Part shown: piece after piece, positions 12,493 to 25,568 of the stretch
Position numbering within the stretch: position 1 is the stretch's first letter
How the letters are laid out: every line of letters begins with the position of its first letter
NCBI GenBank assembly: GCA_951406725.2
Contig: OX597820.1
Span: 15,190,001 to 15,254,000, forward strand
From: Octopus vulgaris
Taxonomy: Eukaryota
Length of the DNA: 64,000 bases
Direction of reading: 5' to 3'
The notes under the pieces: generated by a model
Told to the model about the DNA's origin: nothing
What the model saw: only the letters and a program-made list of their open reading frames with translations
Database searches by the model: none
Made by a program: the position numbers and the translations under genes

Positions 12493-13265
12493 GTTTTGTA
12501 GATGGTCTCTGGATGAGGATAAAGTGGTTTGAAGTAATCAGACAAGTGAAAGATATAAAGTTTTAATTCTCATAGAAATCAAGTATTAAAATATAAATTA
12601 GTTTGGTATCTGTGAAGTTGTGTGTTAGCCGTGAACCACAAAGAAATAAAAAGAAAAGAAAAAGAAAAAAAAAGCTTCAATAGCCAAAGAATCTGGTGCC
12701 GATACCAAATATTAGTTGGAGATTTGTGACCAAAAACAAGTTAGTAGCTTGATGACTTTTTAGAGGTTTTTCAATAATATCTCTGGATGAGGATAAAGTG
12801 GTTTGAAGTAATCAGAACAAGTGAAAGATATCCACTAAAAGGAGCCAGCAAAAATATATCAGAATATATATGAGAAATTACTTTCAGATTTGTGGAGGAA
12901 ATTGGTTAAATTTCAGTTAGCAGCTGTGAACTTGTTAGAAATATAGCCAGGACGAAAAAAAAAAAAAAAGGAAGAAAAACCATCACCCCACTAAGTAACA
13001 CAATTTGCAGTTGAGATCATTGGCTTAAGATTTTTTTTATGTGTCCTAATGACAGATCCTCTCATGTATAAAATTCACTAACCTTTTTTATAGTTGAGCA
13101 TGCTTTTCATTTTAAGATCTGGAACAAGTAAAAAAGGTGTGCTTAAAGCCTTTCTAGTGGTATTATGCGTTACGCTGACCTTAATCCTTCAAAGATAACA
13201 CAACAGATACTTAAACCTGACAGCTTAATCAGATACAAAACATTGAGATATTGTAATAATAATAA

Positions 13266-15100
13266 CTGTTTCTACTATAGGTACAAGGCCTGAAGGGAGG
13301 GGGTGGAGGCTAGTTGATTACCTCAACCCCAGTATTTAACAGGTACTTATTCCATTGATCACGAAAAGATGAAAGGCAAAGTTGACCTCAGCTGAATTTG
13401 AACTCAGGACATTAAGCTGGAAGAAATGCTGCTAAGCATATTGTCCAGCATGCTACTGATTCTGCCAGCTCACTGCCTTTTAATAATAATAATAATAATA
13501 ATAATGATGATTTCAAATTTTTGCCACATGGGTAGCTTGAGGGAAGGGATTAAGTCGATTACATTGATACCAGTGTGTAACTGGTATTTATTTAATTGAC
13601 CTCAAAAGGACGAAAGGCAAAGTTGACCTCAGAACGTAGCAGCAGATGGAATACCGCTAAGCATTTCACCTGTCATGTTAACGATTCTGCCAGCTTGCCG
13701 TCTTACTATATAATAATAATAATAATAATATAATAAAAATGATGATGGACACTCCTACTGATTTTGATGTATGAGTGTTTGAAGGAGAGGATTTAAAGAA
13801 AAAAAAACTTCAAAAATAAAAGAACAAAAGAGGTTGCATCTATTTGCGATGGACACATATGAATGTAATTTGAATCCAGGTATGGATTTTGCCTGGGATT
13901 GGGCAAATGTGTCTGTTGAGTGATACTTTATCTTATAAACCTTGGAGGAACAAAAGGAAAACTTGACTAAGGCAGGATTTCGAAGGAAAAGAGCAAGAAG
14001 AAATGCTCAAAGACAATTTGACAGACACACTGACAATTCTGCTAACCCACTGAAATTCTGATTGAGACATGATGATGAGAGGATGAAAAGCAGAGTCAAC
14101 CTTGGAGGAATTTGAACTCAGAACATAAAGACAGACGAAATGCCACTAAACATTTTGCCTGACATGCTCATGATTCTGCCAGCTTGCAGCCTTAATAATA
14201 ACAACAACAACAATAATGATGATGATAATGATAATAATAATAATAAATAATAACAACTGTTTGTAATTTAGGCACCAAACCAGTAATTTTGAAGGAAGGG
14301 GATTAATCAATGCTAGCAACCCCCAGTACTTGACTGTTACTTTATTTTATCAACCCTGAAGGAATGAAAGGCAGCATCGACCTTCACAGGATTTGAACTT
14401 AGAATTGTGTCTGTTGAGTGATACTTTATCTTATAAACCTTGGAGGAACAAAAGGAAAACTTGACTAAGGCAGGATTTCGAAGGAAAAGAGCAAGAAGAA
14501 ATGCTCAAAGACAATTTGACAGACACACTGACAATTCTGCTAACCCACTGAAATTCTGATTGAGACATGATGATGATGATGATGATAACAACAACAATGA
14601 AGGTTTCAAATTTTGGCACAAGGTCAGCAAAATCAAGGGACAGGGCAAGTTGATTACTTCGACTCCAATGTTCAACGGGTACTTATTTTATCAATCCCTG
14701 AGAGGATGAAAAGCAGAGTCAACTTTGGAGGAATTTGAACTCAGAACATAAAGACAGACAAAATGCCACTAAACATTTTGCCTGACATGCTAATGATTCT
14801 GCCAGCTTGCAGCCTTAATAATAACAACAACAACAATAATGATGATGATAATGATAATAATAATAATAATAAATAATAACAACTGTTTGTAATTTAGGCA
14901 CCAAACCAGTAATTTTGAAGGAAGGGGATTAATCAATGCTAGCAACCCCCAGTACTTGACTGTTACTTTATTTTATCAACCCTGAAGGAATGAAAGGCAG
15001 CATCGACCTTCACAGGATTTGAACTTAGAATACAAAGGGTCAGAAGAAATATTGCAAAGTACTTTTCTCAGTGTTTTAACGATTTTGCCAATCCACAATC
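13266..15100 (-). mobile_element. Head-to-tail cluster of family-C SINEs separated by (TAA)n
   Basis: At least 6 copies or fragments, all in one orientation; overlaps the tandem duplication. Confidence 0.85.
13908..15031. repeat. Near-identical tandem duplication (13908-14405 / 14406-15031)
   Basis: Both units start tgtgtctgttgagtgatactttatc and end gatttgaacttagaat; the first lacks about 125 bp. Confidence 0.92.
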
Positions 15101-15436
15101 CTGAACTAAACATTAAAGGATTTAAGAGGAGAAGCTTATGAAGATATATAATAGTATGTAGCAGACAATAATAAATATTGTGAGTTAAAGGGTATGTTTT
15201 CAACTTCTTTACTCTTAACAAAAGCTTCAGTATAATGACTAGAGTTCTAACTCATTACCAAGGTCAGGGTTTCAAATCAGTATTGAGAATAACAAAATGT
15301 AATCTATAAATCTAAAATGGGATGGAAATTTCCAAATACCAAATCAGTTGCTAGATGTATAGGAATGAAATAAATTTTTTAGTAATATGCTACCATACTT
15401 ACTTGTGTATATATCATACCCCTAATCTAGTGTTAA

Positions 15437-15873
15437 CCCTTTTGTTACCAACCTGGCTGAAACCGGCTCTGGTTCTGTAGTACAAATGTCTTGTTTTTAT
15501 AACCTTAGTCACAATTTATGTTCCTAACACTAACTGAATGATATCTAAGTTATTTCACTAAATTCTTTGTTATATTTAAAGTAAATGAAAGAAACACAGA
15601 ACATCTCAAAATAAATACAGTAATGAAAGGGTTAAAATATATAATAGAGAAACAATTCTTAGCTCTTTTGATATCAACCCGGCTGTGGCTCTGTAGTACA
15701 AATGTGTTGTTTTCATAAGTTTTGAATTAAAACCTTCCACTAAACCTTAGTCACAATTTAGGTTCCTAACACAAGCTGAATGATAATGAAATTATTTTAC
15801 TAAATTCTTTGTTATATTTAAAGTAATTGAAAGAAACACAGAGAATCGCAAAATAAATAGAGTAACGAAAGGG
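15437..15873. mobile_element. Two tandem piggyBac-type MITEs (family P1; 15437-15631 and 15663-15873)
   Basis: TTAA-CCCTTTTGTTAC ... GTAA(T/C)GAAAGGG-TTAA termini; left end of the second is degenerate. Confidence 0.88.
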
Positions 15874-16523
15874 TTAAAGAGCATGTTTTCAACTTCTTTA
15901 CTCTTAACAAAAGCTTCAGTTTAGTGACTACTAATGCCAGGGTTTCAAATCAGTACTGAGAATAACAAAATGTGACCTATAAATCTAAATTGGAATGGAA
16001 ATTTCCAAATACCAAATCAGTTGCTAGATGTATAGGAATGAAATAATTTTTTTATTAATATGCTACCATACTTACTTGTGTATATATCATACCCCTAATC
16101 TAATGTTAAATCTTGGTATAAAATTTTTTCCTTTCATAGTTTCAGCTTCACCCCATGTACAAGTCACACCACCAGTTTTTTTTTTTTCAGTTTCAACCAA
16201 GTATAAAGTGTCTTATACACAAGTAAATACGATAGTTTTACTATGATATGCTAAATTTGTTGAGAGGAGTTGAGTTGTCAGTATGTAGGTAATAACCATC
16301 ATTCTTATTTCCAAATTGAACATCTAATGCTTCTAGTAAAAGAACTAAAAAAAAATAAAAGATGTATCACAACAACTTCCATCCATTCCTCCCTTATAGT
16401 CAATTATCAAGTCAAATGACCAAACTGAAGCAACTAATCCTCTATTGATTACATTTGCTTGCAATAAGGACACATTGGTTCTGTCATGCTAACTAACAGT
16501 TAACAGAAATAAGCGTTACATAC

Positions 16524-16583
16524 CGTTAATGAACTGATTTCTTTCGACACTGCTCCAATCTCTTTTGCAGCAATTTCATCTCG
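16524..16583 (-). CDS. PPFIBP1: Liprin-beta coding exon (RDEIAAKEIGAVSKEISSLT)
   Basis: Acceptor ttccattcattaaag, donor ACG|gtatgt, 60 nt; resembles vertebrate QIGAFSEGINNLT. Confidence 0.9.
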
Positions 16584-17584
16584 CTTTAATGAATGGAAAA
16601 ATTAAATAAACAAAACAAAATAAACATAAAAGATATTTCAAAAAATACGAAGAGGAAAGTGTAAGACTTAAATAACTAAGCAGTACATAAAGTTCATTTA
16701 TTTCTTATACTCTTTTACTTCTTTCAGTCATTTGACTGCGGCTATGCTGGAGCACCACCTTTAGTCGAGCAAATCGACCCCAGGACTTATTCTATTGGTC
16801 TCTTTTGCCGAACTGCTAAGTTACGGGGATGTAAACACACCAGTATCGGTTGTCAAGCGATGTTGGTGGGACAAACACAGACACACAAACACATATATAT
16901 ATATATATATGCTGGAGTACAGAATAATACATTAATAACAATAAAGAAAATAATTAGTCACAAATACATTTGATATCCATAAATCTATTTATGGAAAATT
17001 AAATCTCCTCATACTGCCTTGTACTCTAATACTTTTTATTATATTTTATCTGGTTTTATTTTATTTTAATTTATTTTATTTCACTCTCTTCCTTTACCCT
17101 CCAAACTGCTCAGACTAATGGTATGACCTTAGTATTCTCTGGTCATGCAGCCTGAGCTTCACCAACACATTATATATAAAAGCTAAAAAACAAAGCCTTT
17201 ATTACTTAACTAATTTTTCTTATTATCAACATATATGTGCACGCACGCACACACACAGATTCTCAATAGAGTATGTAAACTCACAAGAATTAAGCTTAAA
17301 TACATCTGAAAATTTAACTGGCCCATATCTGTGCATAAATGAAACTAATATTGATTTACAGGCTGACAAAATCATTATCGGTAAAATAATATATGTAATT
17401 CTAGATTACATCATATTTGGCATATTGAGTTTTTGAGTTCATAGCTTACATATGATCTGCTCTAGTTGCGCAAAAATATTTAAGATCTATAAGACTTGAT
17501 AATAAGTTACAAACTATGCATTTATTTTGAGCAAATGGAAATAATTTTTTAAATTTCAGAAGCAATGTTTCATAAATAATAATG

Positions 17585-18297
17585 ACTTTTTTATTTTGGT
17601 ACAACGCCAGCAATTTACTGAGAGGAGGTTAGTTGATTATATCAACCCCAGTGCTCAACTGGTACTTATTTATCAACTTCCAAAAGGATAAAAGGCAAAG
17701 TTGGCCTTGGCGGAATTAGAACCCAGAACGTGAAGACAGGCAAAATGCCGCTAAGCATTTTGCCTGGCATGCTAGTAATTCTGCCAGCTCTCGCCTTTGT
17801 TTCATACATAATAGTAATAATAATAATAATAATCCTTTCTACTGAAAATACAAGTCCTCAAATTTGGGGGAAGGGATTAAGTTGATTAGATCAACCTCAG
17901 TGTGTGACTGGTACTTATTTAATCAATGAAAGGCAATGTCAACCTCAGTGGCATTTGAACTCAAAACATGAAGATAGGTGACATACCACTAAGCATTTTA
18001 TCCAGTGTGCTAATGATTCTGCCAGCTCACTGCCTTCATCATCACTATCGTTTAACATCCGCTTTCCATGCTAGCATGGGTTGGACGATTTGACCGAGGT
18101 CTGGCGAACCAGATGGCTGCACCAGACTCCAATCTGATCTGGCAGAGTTTCTACAACTGGATGCCTTTCCTAACACCAACCACTTCGAGAGTGTAGTGGG
18201 TGCTTTTACGTGCCACCGGCACGAGGGCCAGTCAGGTGGTACTGGCAATAGCCACACTCAGATGGTGCTTTTTATGTGCCACCTGCACAGGAGCCAA
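17585..18297 (-). mobile_element. Two family-C SINEs plus a family-B retroposon, stacked
   Basis: C copies about 17585-17800 and 17833-18036; B copy about 18036-18297; (TAA)n spacers. Confidence 0.85.
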
Positions 18298-18335
18298 TAA
18301 TAATAATAATAAAGATTAATTAATGAAACACAAAC

Positions 18336-18497
18336 CTCTTTTATACTTCCGTTATTGTGTTGACAAGACATCAATTTATTAAACATATGGTCAGTACCGT
18401 TTACTGAAGATGGATTTTTAATTGGACAGATAAAGCTTTCCGTCTGACTTTCAGACTTGCTTCGTTTATGCCCAAACAGCAGAAAGTTATTTCGTCG
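18336..18497 (-). CDS. PPFIBP1: Liprin-beta coding exon (RRNNFLLFGHKRSKSES...FICPI...GSIKE)
   Basis: Acceptor ttattttccag, donor GAG|gtttgt, 162 nt, phase 0-0; FICP matches the conserved (Y/F)(V/I)CP motif. Confidence 0.88.
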
Positions 18498-18738
18498 CTG
18501 GAAAATAAATTTTAATTAAGAATAATTTTCTTTTAAAATGACATTGTGATATAAGATATATTTTTAGAAATGCTGATATCAATTGCAACTTTTTAGAGAT
18601 CAATAATATTCAATTAAAAACACGTTATTATTTCACAGTGGAACTGTTGTGATTTATTTGTGTAAGTAACGACAGGTAAGAGCATTCATAGGAATTTGAA
18701 GAATATTTTAATTAAAGTCAAAAAATTTAATTACTCAC

Positions 18739-18927
18739 TTTTACTTTAGAATTAGGAAAGAGAGGTTGGTAGTCAGCAGAAGTTTCAAATTCCCTTTTCT
18801 TGTGTTGCATTTCGTTGCCAATAAGTGCAACAAAGTGTGTGCTAAGATGTCGTCTGAGAAGAGATTTGTTGCCAGGAATGGATAATACCTGAGAGAAGAG
18901 CTCAGCATTGAAACGAGGCTCTAGCAC
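18739..18927 (-). CDS. PPFIBP1: Liprin-beta coding exon, SAM3 C-part (VLEPRFNAELF...PNSKVK)
   Basis: Acceptor ttcttttcgtctag, donor AAA|gtgagt, 189 nt, phase 0-0. Confidence 0.97.
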
Positions 18928-19445
18928 CTAGACGAAAAGAAGAGGAAGAAGAATGTAATGCTAGGTACACTATGTTTGAATGAAAGAAAGATCGGAAAAA
19001 AAAAGGTGGGATTGTCACAGCTGGAATGTTTTTGTTTATATATCCACTCAATCAAACCAGATCTCCAGACAAGAAAATAAACAATATATAAGTACAATTG
19101 CTTGTTGTTACTGCTTCCAAGTATTTTATTAACAAAAAAAAAAACACAGGAGACATTACAAGAAAAGTCATTAGTATTGAACTAATTCTTGACAGAACAT
19201 CAATTATTTAGGCCATTGAGATATATAATTTATATGTCCTTGATGAATAAAAAGACAAAATAGTTTAATAGTGTTGGTGGGATTTACATCTACCAAAATT
19301 AAGTACACTAAAATGAGCTTGTTTATCTTAGAAAAAATCTATATTAAATATTCGGGCCATTTAATCTAAAAATTAAATATCACCATACAGCCAGTACTGC
19401 TTTATTGTCTGGGTTCACAAATAATTTAAAACAAATTACACCAAG

Positions 19446-19611
19446 GTGCAGGCATGGCTGTGTGGTAAGAAGCTTGCTTCCCAACCACACGGTTATGGGT
19501 TCAGTCCTGCTGCGTAGCACTTTGGTCAAATGTCTTCAATTATAGCCTTGGGCTGACCAAAGCCTTGTGAGTGGATTTGATAGACAGAAACTGAAAGAAG
19601 CCCATCGTGTG

Positions 19612-19663
<52 letters not shown>

Positions 19664-19885
19664 TTATTTATGTGTGTGTATTTGTATCTGTGTTTGTCCC
19701 CACCACCATTGCTTGACAACCTATGTTAGTGTGTTTACGTCCCTGTAACTTACCAGTTCGGCAGAAAAGACTGATAGAATAAGCACCAAGCTTACAGAGA
19801 ATAAGTCTAGGGGTCGATTTGTTCAACTAAAAGGCAGTACTCCAGTATGGCAACAGTCAAATGACTGAAACAAGTAAAAGAATAA
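19446..19885 (+). mobile_element. Full-length family-A tRNA-derived SINE with internal (TA)n
   Basis: gcatggctgtgtggtaagaagcttgcttcccaaccac...atgactgaaacaagtaaaagaataa; related copies near 16705, 41925, 46275, 47943, 50467, 56760 and 63620. Confidence 0.88.
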
Positions 19886-20542
19886 TGGTTATAAAATATG
19901 CTGGTCTCTTTCCACCTTTGACAATTGACCTCTCCTTGAATCTGTGTTTCTTTATGATTATAGAAATCTGCAAATATTTTAAGCACAATGGTACTAAAGC
20001 CTTGATATAAATACATCTCTATGAACGATGTATTCACTAATGCTCTCCCATCGCTAACAGCCTCATGGTAAAATTTCATGGTTGTCTCCCTTGGTTCACT
20101 ATGTCAAATATGCAAACGGTTCTCGACCATTTTTAAAACTACGGATCACGTAGATCCTAATTTTACTCGGAGGGACTCTGAAAGCCATTCGATATTTTAA
20201 AATCTCATTATACTTTTGTAATTAAATATTATTCGGATTTATATATATAAAAAAAAAATTATTAAAATATTTTATGTATCTGCACCAGGCTCCAGATAAG
20301 ACTGGAGCCTGGTGCAGCCTTCTGGCTTCCCAGATCCCCGGTCGAACCGTCCAACCCATGCTAGCATGGAGAACGGACGTTAAACGACGATGATGATGAT
20401 GATGATTGCAAAAAGTATAATGATTTTTAACAACAACATCTGATATGGACCCTGGAGGAGAATTAGTGACATAGCAGGTATTTTTTGACAGTAATTCATA
20501 TATTACTCAGTGCTTATTCATGAAAAACCTATACCTCTAGTC

Positions 20543-21063
20543 CAGTGGTTCCCAGCCTTTTCACACCCAAGGACCCTGTTTATTTAAATGGGTTTTCCCG
20601 TGGCCCCCTTTTAATATGCTTATCCTTATGTCTATGTATGTATACATATACATATATATATATATATATTTGAGACCCCCTTCGGTCATGACTGACCGTG
20701 GGATTGCACTTAGAAAGCTACCCTCCCAGGCAAGTTTGTTTAAGGAAGACCAGCAGTCGCCCATGCATACCGGCCTCCCTTCTCCACGCCACCAGTGTTA
20801 TCCAAGGGAAAAGCAAAAGGGCCGATACAGCTTGGCACCTGTGACGTCACAACGTGAAATAAAGTGTCTTGCTCACGAACACAACATGCAGCCCAGTCCG
20901 GGATTCAAACTCACAACCTCACGATTGTAAGCTCGACGCTCTAACCACTGAGCCATGCGCCTTCATGCACACACACATGAACATATATATATATATATAA
21001 TTTTGAATTTAGTTCCCAGAACCCCCAGTACTACCTTTGCAGACCACAGGTTAGGAACTGCTG
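20543..21063. mobile_element. hAT (Charlie-like) MITE with a nested SINE (about 20672-20966, minus)
   Basis: Termini CAGTGGTTCCCAGCC / GGTTAGGAACTGCTG; 8-bp TSD ctctagtc / ctgtagtc. Confidence 0.75.
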
Positions 21064-22198
21064 CTGTAGTCTTTCTAAGATCTTAGTGTCATGGTTTGCA
21101 CTAACTTTCATTATGAAGGACCAATCAGGTTGAAATAAGTTATCAGTAGAGTCATCACTGCACTATTAATTACCAGACTCTTTCCCCACAAGTCATTCAA
21201 TTTTAATTAACATTTTTATTCTATTTTAATTTTAATTAAGATTTTGGGGTTGTGTCCCCTGTAGTAGATTTTTTTCTGGGATTAGTTATTTATTCTTTCA
21301 TCACAAATTTCTCTCACTCTTTTTTCCTGTATTTCAAAGGGCCAACCCTGTCACACTCTGTGTTACACTGAATCTCTCCGAGAACTACGTTAAGAGCACA
21401 CATATCTGTGGAGTGCTCAGCCACTTGCACATTAATTTCACGAGCAGGCTGTTCCGTTGATCGGTACAACTGGAAACCTTGTCTTCGTAACCGATGGAGT
21501 GCCACAATTATGTTAATATTTGTTTTACTTTTAGTTAACTCGACAAATAATACAACATGAAAACGTTTGAGGTTATGTCATAGTTGTAAACGAGTCTCAC
21601 CGTCACACAAGCAGTGTCCTTTCTTTCCAATCTTCCATGGAAAGATGTTTGATCATGAGGAAATATTACCTTATTTGGAAACAAATGATGGTTGTTGACA
21701 GAAAGGACTTCTAGCCATAGAAAATCTGCCTTGATAAAATTTTGTCTGACTCATGCAAGCATGGGAAAACAGACATTAAATGTTGATTCTCTAATCTGTT
21801 TGCTTTACGGTTGACAGAATGACCATTAGAATGTACAATACATACAACAGGATCAGTGACAATATAAGATGCAGATGCTGGAACTGGATCAGACACAACC
21901 TCAGATAAGATCCAGAAAGCAATTGTATGGTGGAGCTAAAGTGACACCCTATAACCACATGGTGAAGGGCTATTGAGAAGGAAAGGAGACAAAAAAAGGG
22001 TCGTGAAGCTGGAATGAGGCCAGAACAGTGACAGGAAACAGCTGGTTGGAGAGATTATGTAGCAACATTATATACCTCATGGTACAGAGAGAACTATCAC
22101 AATACAATTAGTGATACAAATAGATTAAGCAAATGGGAAATTCCCATTTAACCAAAATACATCTACCCCCTACTTCAAATTGTATGGAAATTACTTAC

Positions 22199-22330
22199 TA
22201 TTAGTGCTCCATGCACTCCACTTCCTCGTAGATTAGGAGCATATTCAGAAAGGTCAATAGTACGTAGCCATTCCATTACTCTGTGATTTGACCACAGAAT
22301 AACTTCACCTGGGATATTCTGTTTATTAAC
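22199..22330 (-). CDS. PPFIBP1: Liprin-beta coding exon, SAM3 (VNKQNIPGEVILWSNHRVMEWLRTIDLSEYAPNLRGSGVHGALI)
   Basis: Acceptor tttttataaag, donor ATA|gtaagt, 132 nt, phase 0-0. Confidence 0.97.
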
Positions 22331-22938
22331 CTTTATAAAAAAAAAAAATAAATAAATAAATCACGAAGCATAATTCTATGCAATGAAATCAATAAAGTAG
22401 ATAAAAACAGAAATGATCAAACGGTGAGAATTGTATCTAATTTTGGTAAGGGGTCAGTAGATTTTGAGGGAAAGGGAAGCTGATTACATGCACATCAGTT
22501 CTCAAATAGTACTTCTTTTAACAACCTTGAAAGGATGAAAGGTAAAGTCAACCTAGGAGGCATTTGAACTGAGAAAGTAAAGCTGGAAAAAATGTAAGCT
22601 AAGCATTTTGTCTGGCATGTTAACAATTCTGCCAGTTTGTTGCTTTATCAAACAGGAATAACATCAATGGTTCACTGCCTTACTCAAAATGATCTAAAAC
22701 CTCAAAAAAGCTTACATAGTCATCTTGGTGATGAAAGCAATAGTGTGGCCCAGAGTAAAATTTCAAATAAATTACAATATTTGATGGCCCATAAGATGCA
22801 CTCTTCTTCCACAAAAAAAATGTCTCCCCCGCCTCATGTCTTATATCTAAGGTGGAACTCCCATAAGCTAATTTTGGGCTTTAATGCACAAATATCTTTG
22901 ATCCTGAATATGTGCTGCTGAAATTGTGTTCTGTTTAA

Positions 22939-23417
22939 CCCTTTCGTTACTGTATTTATTTTGAGATGCTCTGTGTTTCTCTAAATTATTTTAGATATAA
23001 CAAAGAATTTAGTAAAATAACTTAGTTATATTTAAGTTAGGGTCAGGAACATTAATTGTGATTTAAATTCAAAACTTATGAAAACAAGACATTTGTACTC
23101 AGAGCCAGAGCCGGGTTCAGCCGGGTTGGTAATCATCATCATCATCATCATCGTTTAACGTCCGCTTTCCATGCTAACATGGGTTGGACGGTTCAACTGG
23201 GGTCTGGGAAGCCCGAAGGCTGCACCAGGCCAGTCAGATCTGGCAGTGTTTCTACAGCTGGATGCCCTTCCTAACACCAACCACTCCGTGAGTGTAGTGG
23301 GTGCTTTTTATGTGCCACCGACACAGGTGCCAGACGTGGCTGGCGAACGGCCACGCTCGGATGGTGTTTTTTATGTGCCACCGACACAGGTGCCAGACGA
23401 GGCTGGTAATGAAAGGG
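22939..23417. mobile_element. piggyBac-type MITE (P1) interrupted by a family-B retroposon (about 23133-23403)
   Basis: TTAA-CCCTTTCGTTAC ... GTAATGAAAGGG-TTAA; the insert is flanked by duplicated tggtaat. Confidence 0.88.
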
Positions 23418-23649
23418 TTAATATGCCAATGCATCTTTTATGCCATCAAATCCAGTAAATGAGAATATTCAAAACACTGTTTAGACTTCTCATCTGAATT
23501 CATGAGAGTATTTTAAGTTAGAATTTGCATTAAGAGACACACTAAAAACAACTTAAAACAACATTAAACTACATTTTACAATCGTGATTGAGAGAAAGAG
23601 AGATATGAGGTATGCTTAATTCTTCTATATATATCTTGTTTTGTCTTGA

Positions 23650-24101
23650 GACAGCATTCACCCGGGGTGTGTTCAGCTGGCTTCATTCATCCTCAATGCT
23701 GCATCTCTCACAAACGCCAACCAGGCCTGGTGATTTGAGGCTAACAACTGTGTGATCTCCAACCACTCTTTATTCCAGCGGCGAACGCCGTAGACATGGG
23801 AGCCTAGGTTGGGTTCCAGATCAGCCTTGACTGTCATCAGCCAGGTTTTTCGTTGTCCATCACATTGCTTTCGCCAACCCTAAAGGGGAGCTGGGACAAT
23901 TGCTTCGTAGATGAATTCTCCTGGTTGACGACGGAGGGCATGACCCAGCTAATGCAGACGTCTCATTAGGATGACTTGTCAGAGGAAGGTGAATTTGCGC
24001 TGGTGTTGCACCAAATTGTTGGAGACAAAGTGATGCCATCGGACACGAAGGATGCAGCGTAGACAGAGGTGATCGAAGGATTCTAGTCGCTTAATATCCT
24101 G
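23650..24101 (-). mobile_element. RTE-clade LINE 3' fragment (degenerate)
   Basis: Minus translation DIKRLESFDHLCLRCILRVRWHHFVSN...LGHALRR...GQRKTW, typical of RTE ORF C-termini; stops present. Confidence 0.8.
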
Positions 24102-24562
24102 TACAATACATACGACTAGAATCCTATAAATATGTAATCAATTATTTTAAACAAGAGCACTAGTTTGGTAGAAGTATGGCTGTTGAGTTAAGAAGTTTGC
24201 TAACCCCAGGATTTGAGATTCTATTCTACAGTGTAGCACCTTCAGCAAGTGATTTGTACCATAGCCTTGGGTTGGCCATTACCTTATGAGTTACAGCTGT
24301 TAAATGGAAACCATGTTGTAACTGGTCAGATAGTCTGTATTTGTTCTTGGGTATCTCTACTTAATCCTGTGCTCAATTGATGGTGGGTTGGTATCAAAAG
24401 GGTTAACAAATGAGATGTTCTGTGTTTCTCTCAATTATTTTAGATAAGAATTCTAATCAAAGAGTTTCACCAATTAGTAAATTGTATCAATGGTTAGTTG
24501 AAGTATCAAATGACAGTGATGATGTTTGTCTGACAACAGCAGCTATTATTATAAGAACTTAC

Positions 24563-24688
24563 TTCATCAGCTGAGGGTCTACGCTTAAGACACTGAGGGT
24601 TGAAATTGTGCATTCGTAATGTCTGGATAGCTCGTTTGATACTTATGTGATGCAATTCATTGGAGACTTTCAGTGCAAGTAAATCTTC
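24563..24688 (-). CDS. PPFIBP1: Liprin-beta coding exon, SAM2 C-part (EDLLALKVSNELHHISIKRAIQ...CLKRRPSADE)
   Basis: Acceptor (t)n gtatttcag, donor GAA|gtaagt, 126 nt, phase 0-0. Confidence 0.97.
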
Positions 24689-24719
24689 CTGAAATACAAA
24701 AAAAAAAAAAAAAAAATTC

Positions 24720-25041
24720 AAATGAAATAATAATAAAAAAATGGAAGCCAGACATAGTCTTAATTGAGAAAGAAAACAAACTATGCTGGATCATAGATAT
24801 AGTATGCTCAGCTGACAACAAGGTATGCGATAAGGAAGACAGAAAAGTCGAGAGATATGACAAGTTAGCTTGGGAAGTTAAGCAGTTGTGATCGATGAAA
24901 AAGGTGGTAGTAGTACCAATAATTGTCGGAGCCCTGGGAACAGTGAGCAAAAATCTCAAGAAATACGTGGAACAAATAGGAGCTGCAATAAGGGTGGAGC
25001 ACTTGCAGAAAACAGCACCACTTGGAACCGCTCGAATATTT
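24720..25041 (+). mobile_element. R4/Dong-like LINE fragment, restriction-like endonuclease region
   Basis: KPDIVLIEKENKLCWIIDIVC...KEDRKVERYDKLA...VVVVPIIVGALGTV (PD..D RLE motif); one in-frame stop. Confidence 0.85.
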
Positions 25042-25479
25042 TACTACTACTACTACTATTATTATTATTATTACTATTATCATTTCTTAAATATGGCCAC
25101 GAAACACGTGTCATTATTCTACCTAATATATACGTTTTATTTATTAGTTTTAACATTACTTAATCATTGTTATATGTTTTATCTTATATTTAATCTTTCT
25201 ATATGTAATTTTTCTAAATGGTATAATTTAATTTTTCATTATTGAATTGATAAAAGGTGTTTTTTTTCTAATTTATATATATATATATATATATTATATT
25301 TTGTGAAATTTGATTTAGTATTTCTAAATTGAATTTTTCCCTGTAAGTTTGGAATAATATTCTCTGATATCATTATGTTTTCTGGAAAACATTTAAAAAA
25401 CAACAGCAAAATACAATTTTGTTTATTTCCAACCATTAAATGGTAAAATAATGTTTATAATAAATTGAAAATTACTCAC

Positions 25480-25568
25480 CACAGTCAGATAATGCAGCAT
25501 GAGTCCATCAACTCGAGCCTCAAAGAAAGTGTCCTTGTACTGAGGAATTCCAATGTCATCCAACCATC
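25480..25568 (-). CDS. PPFIBP1: Liprin-beta coding exon, SAM2 (RWLDDIGIPQYKDTFFEARVDGLMLHYLTV)
   Basis: Acceptor tgcttcag, donor GTG|gtgagt, 89 nt, phase 1-0. Confidence 0.97.

Noticed and set aside
18390-18400. Alternative donor AACG|gtactg inside exon 18336-18497
   Set aside because: Phase 1, incompatible with the phase-0 next exon; the 18335 donor keeps the frame.
19446-19520. SINE heads as functional tRNA genes (also 26323, 57299, 62195)
   Set aside because: A/B-box-like motifs only, no full cloverleaf, and each continues into a multi-copy SINE body.
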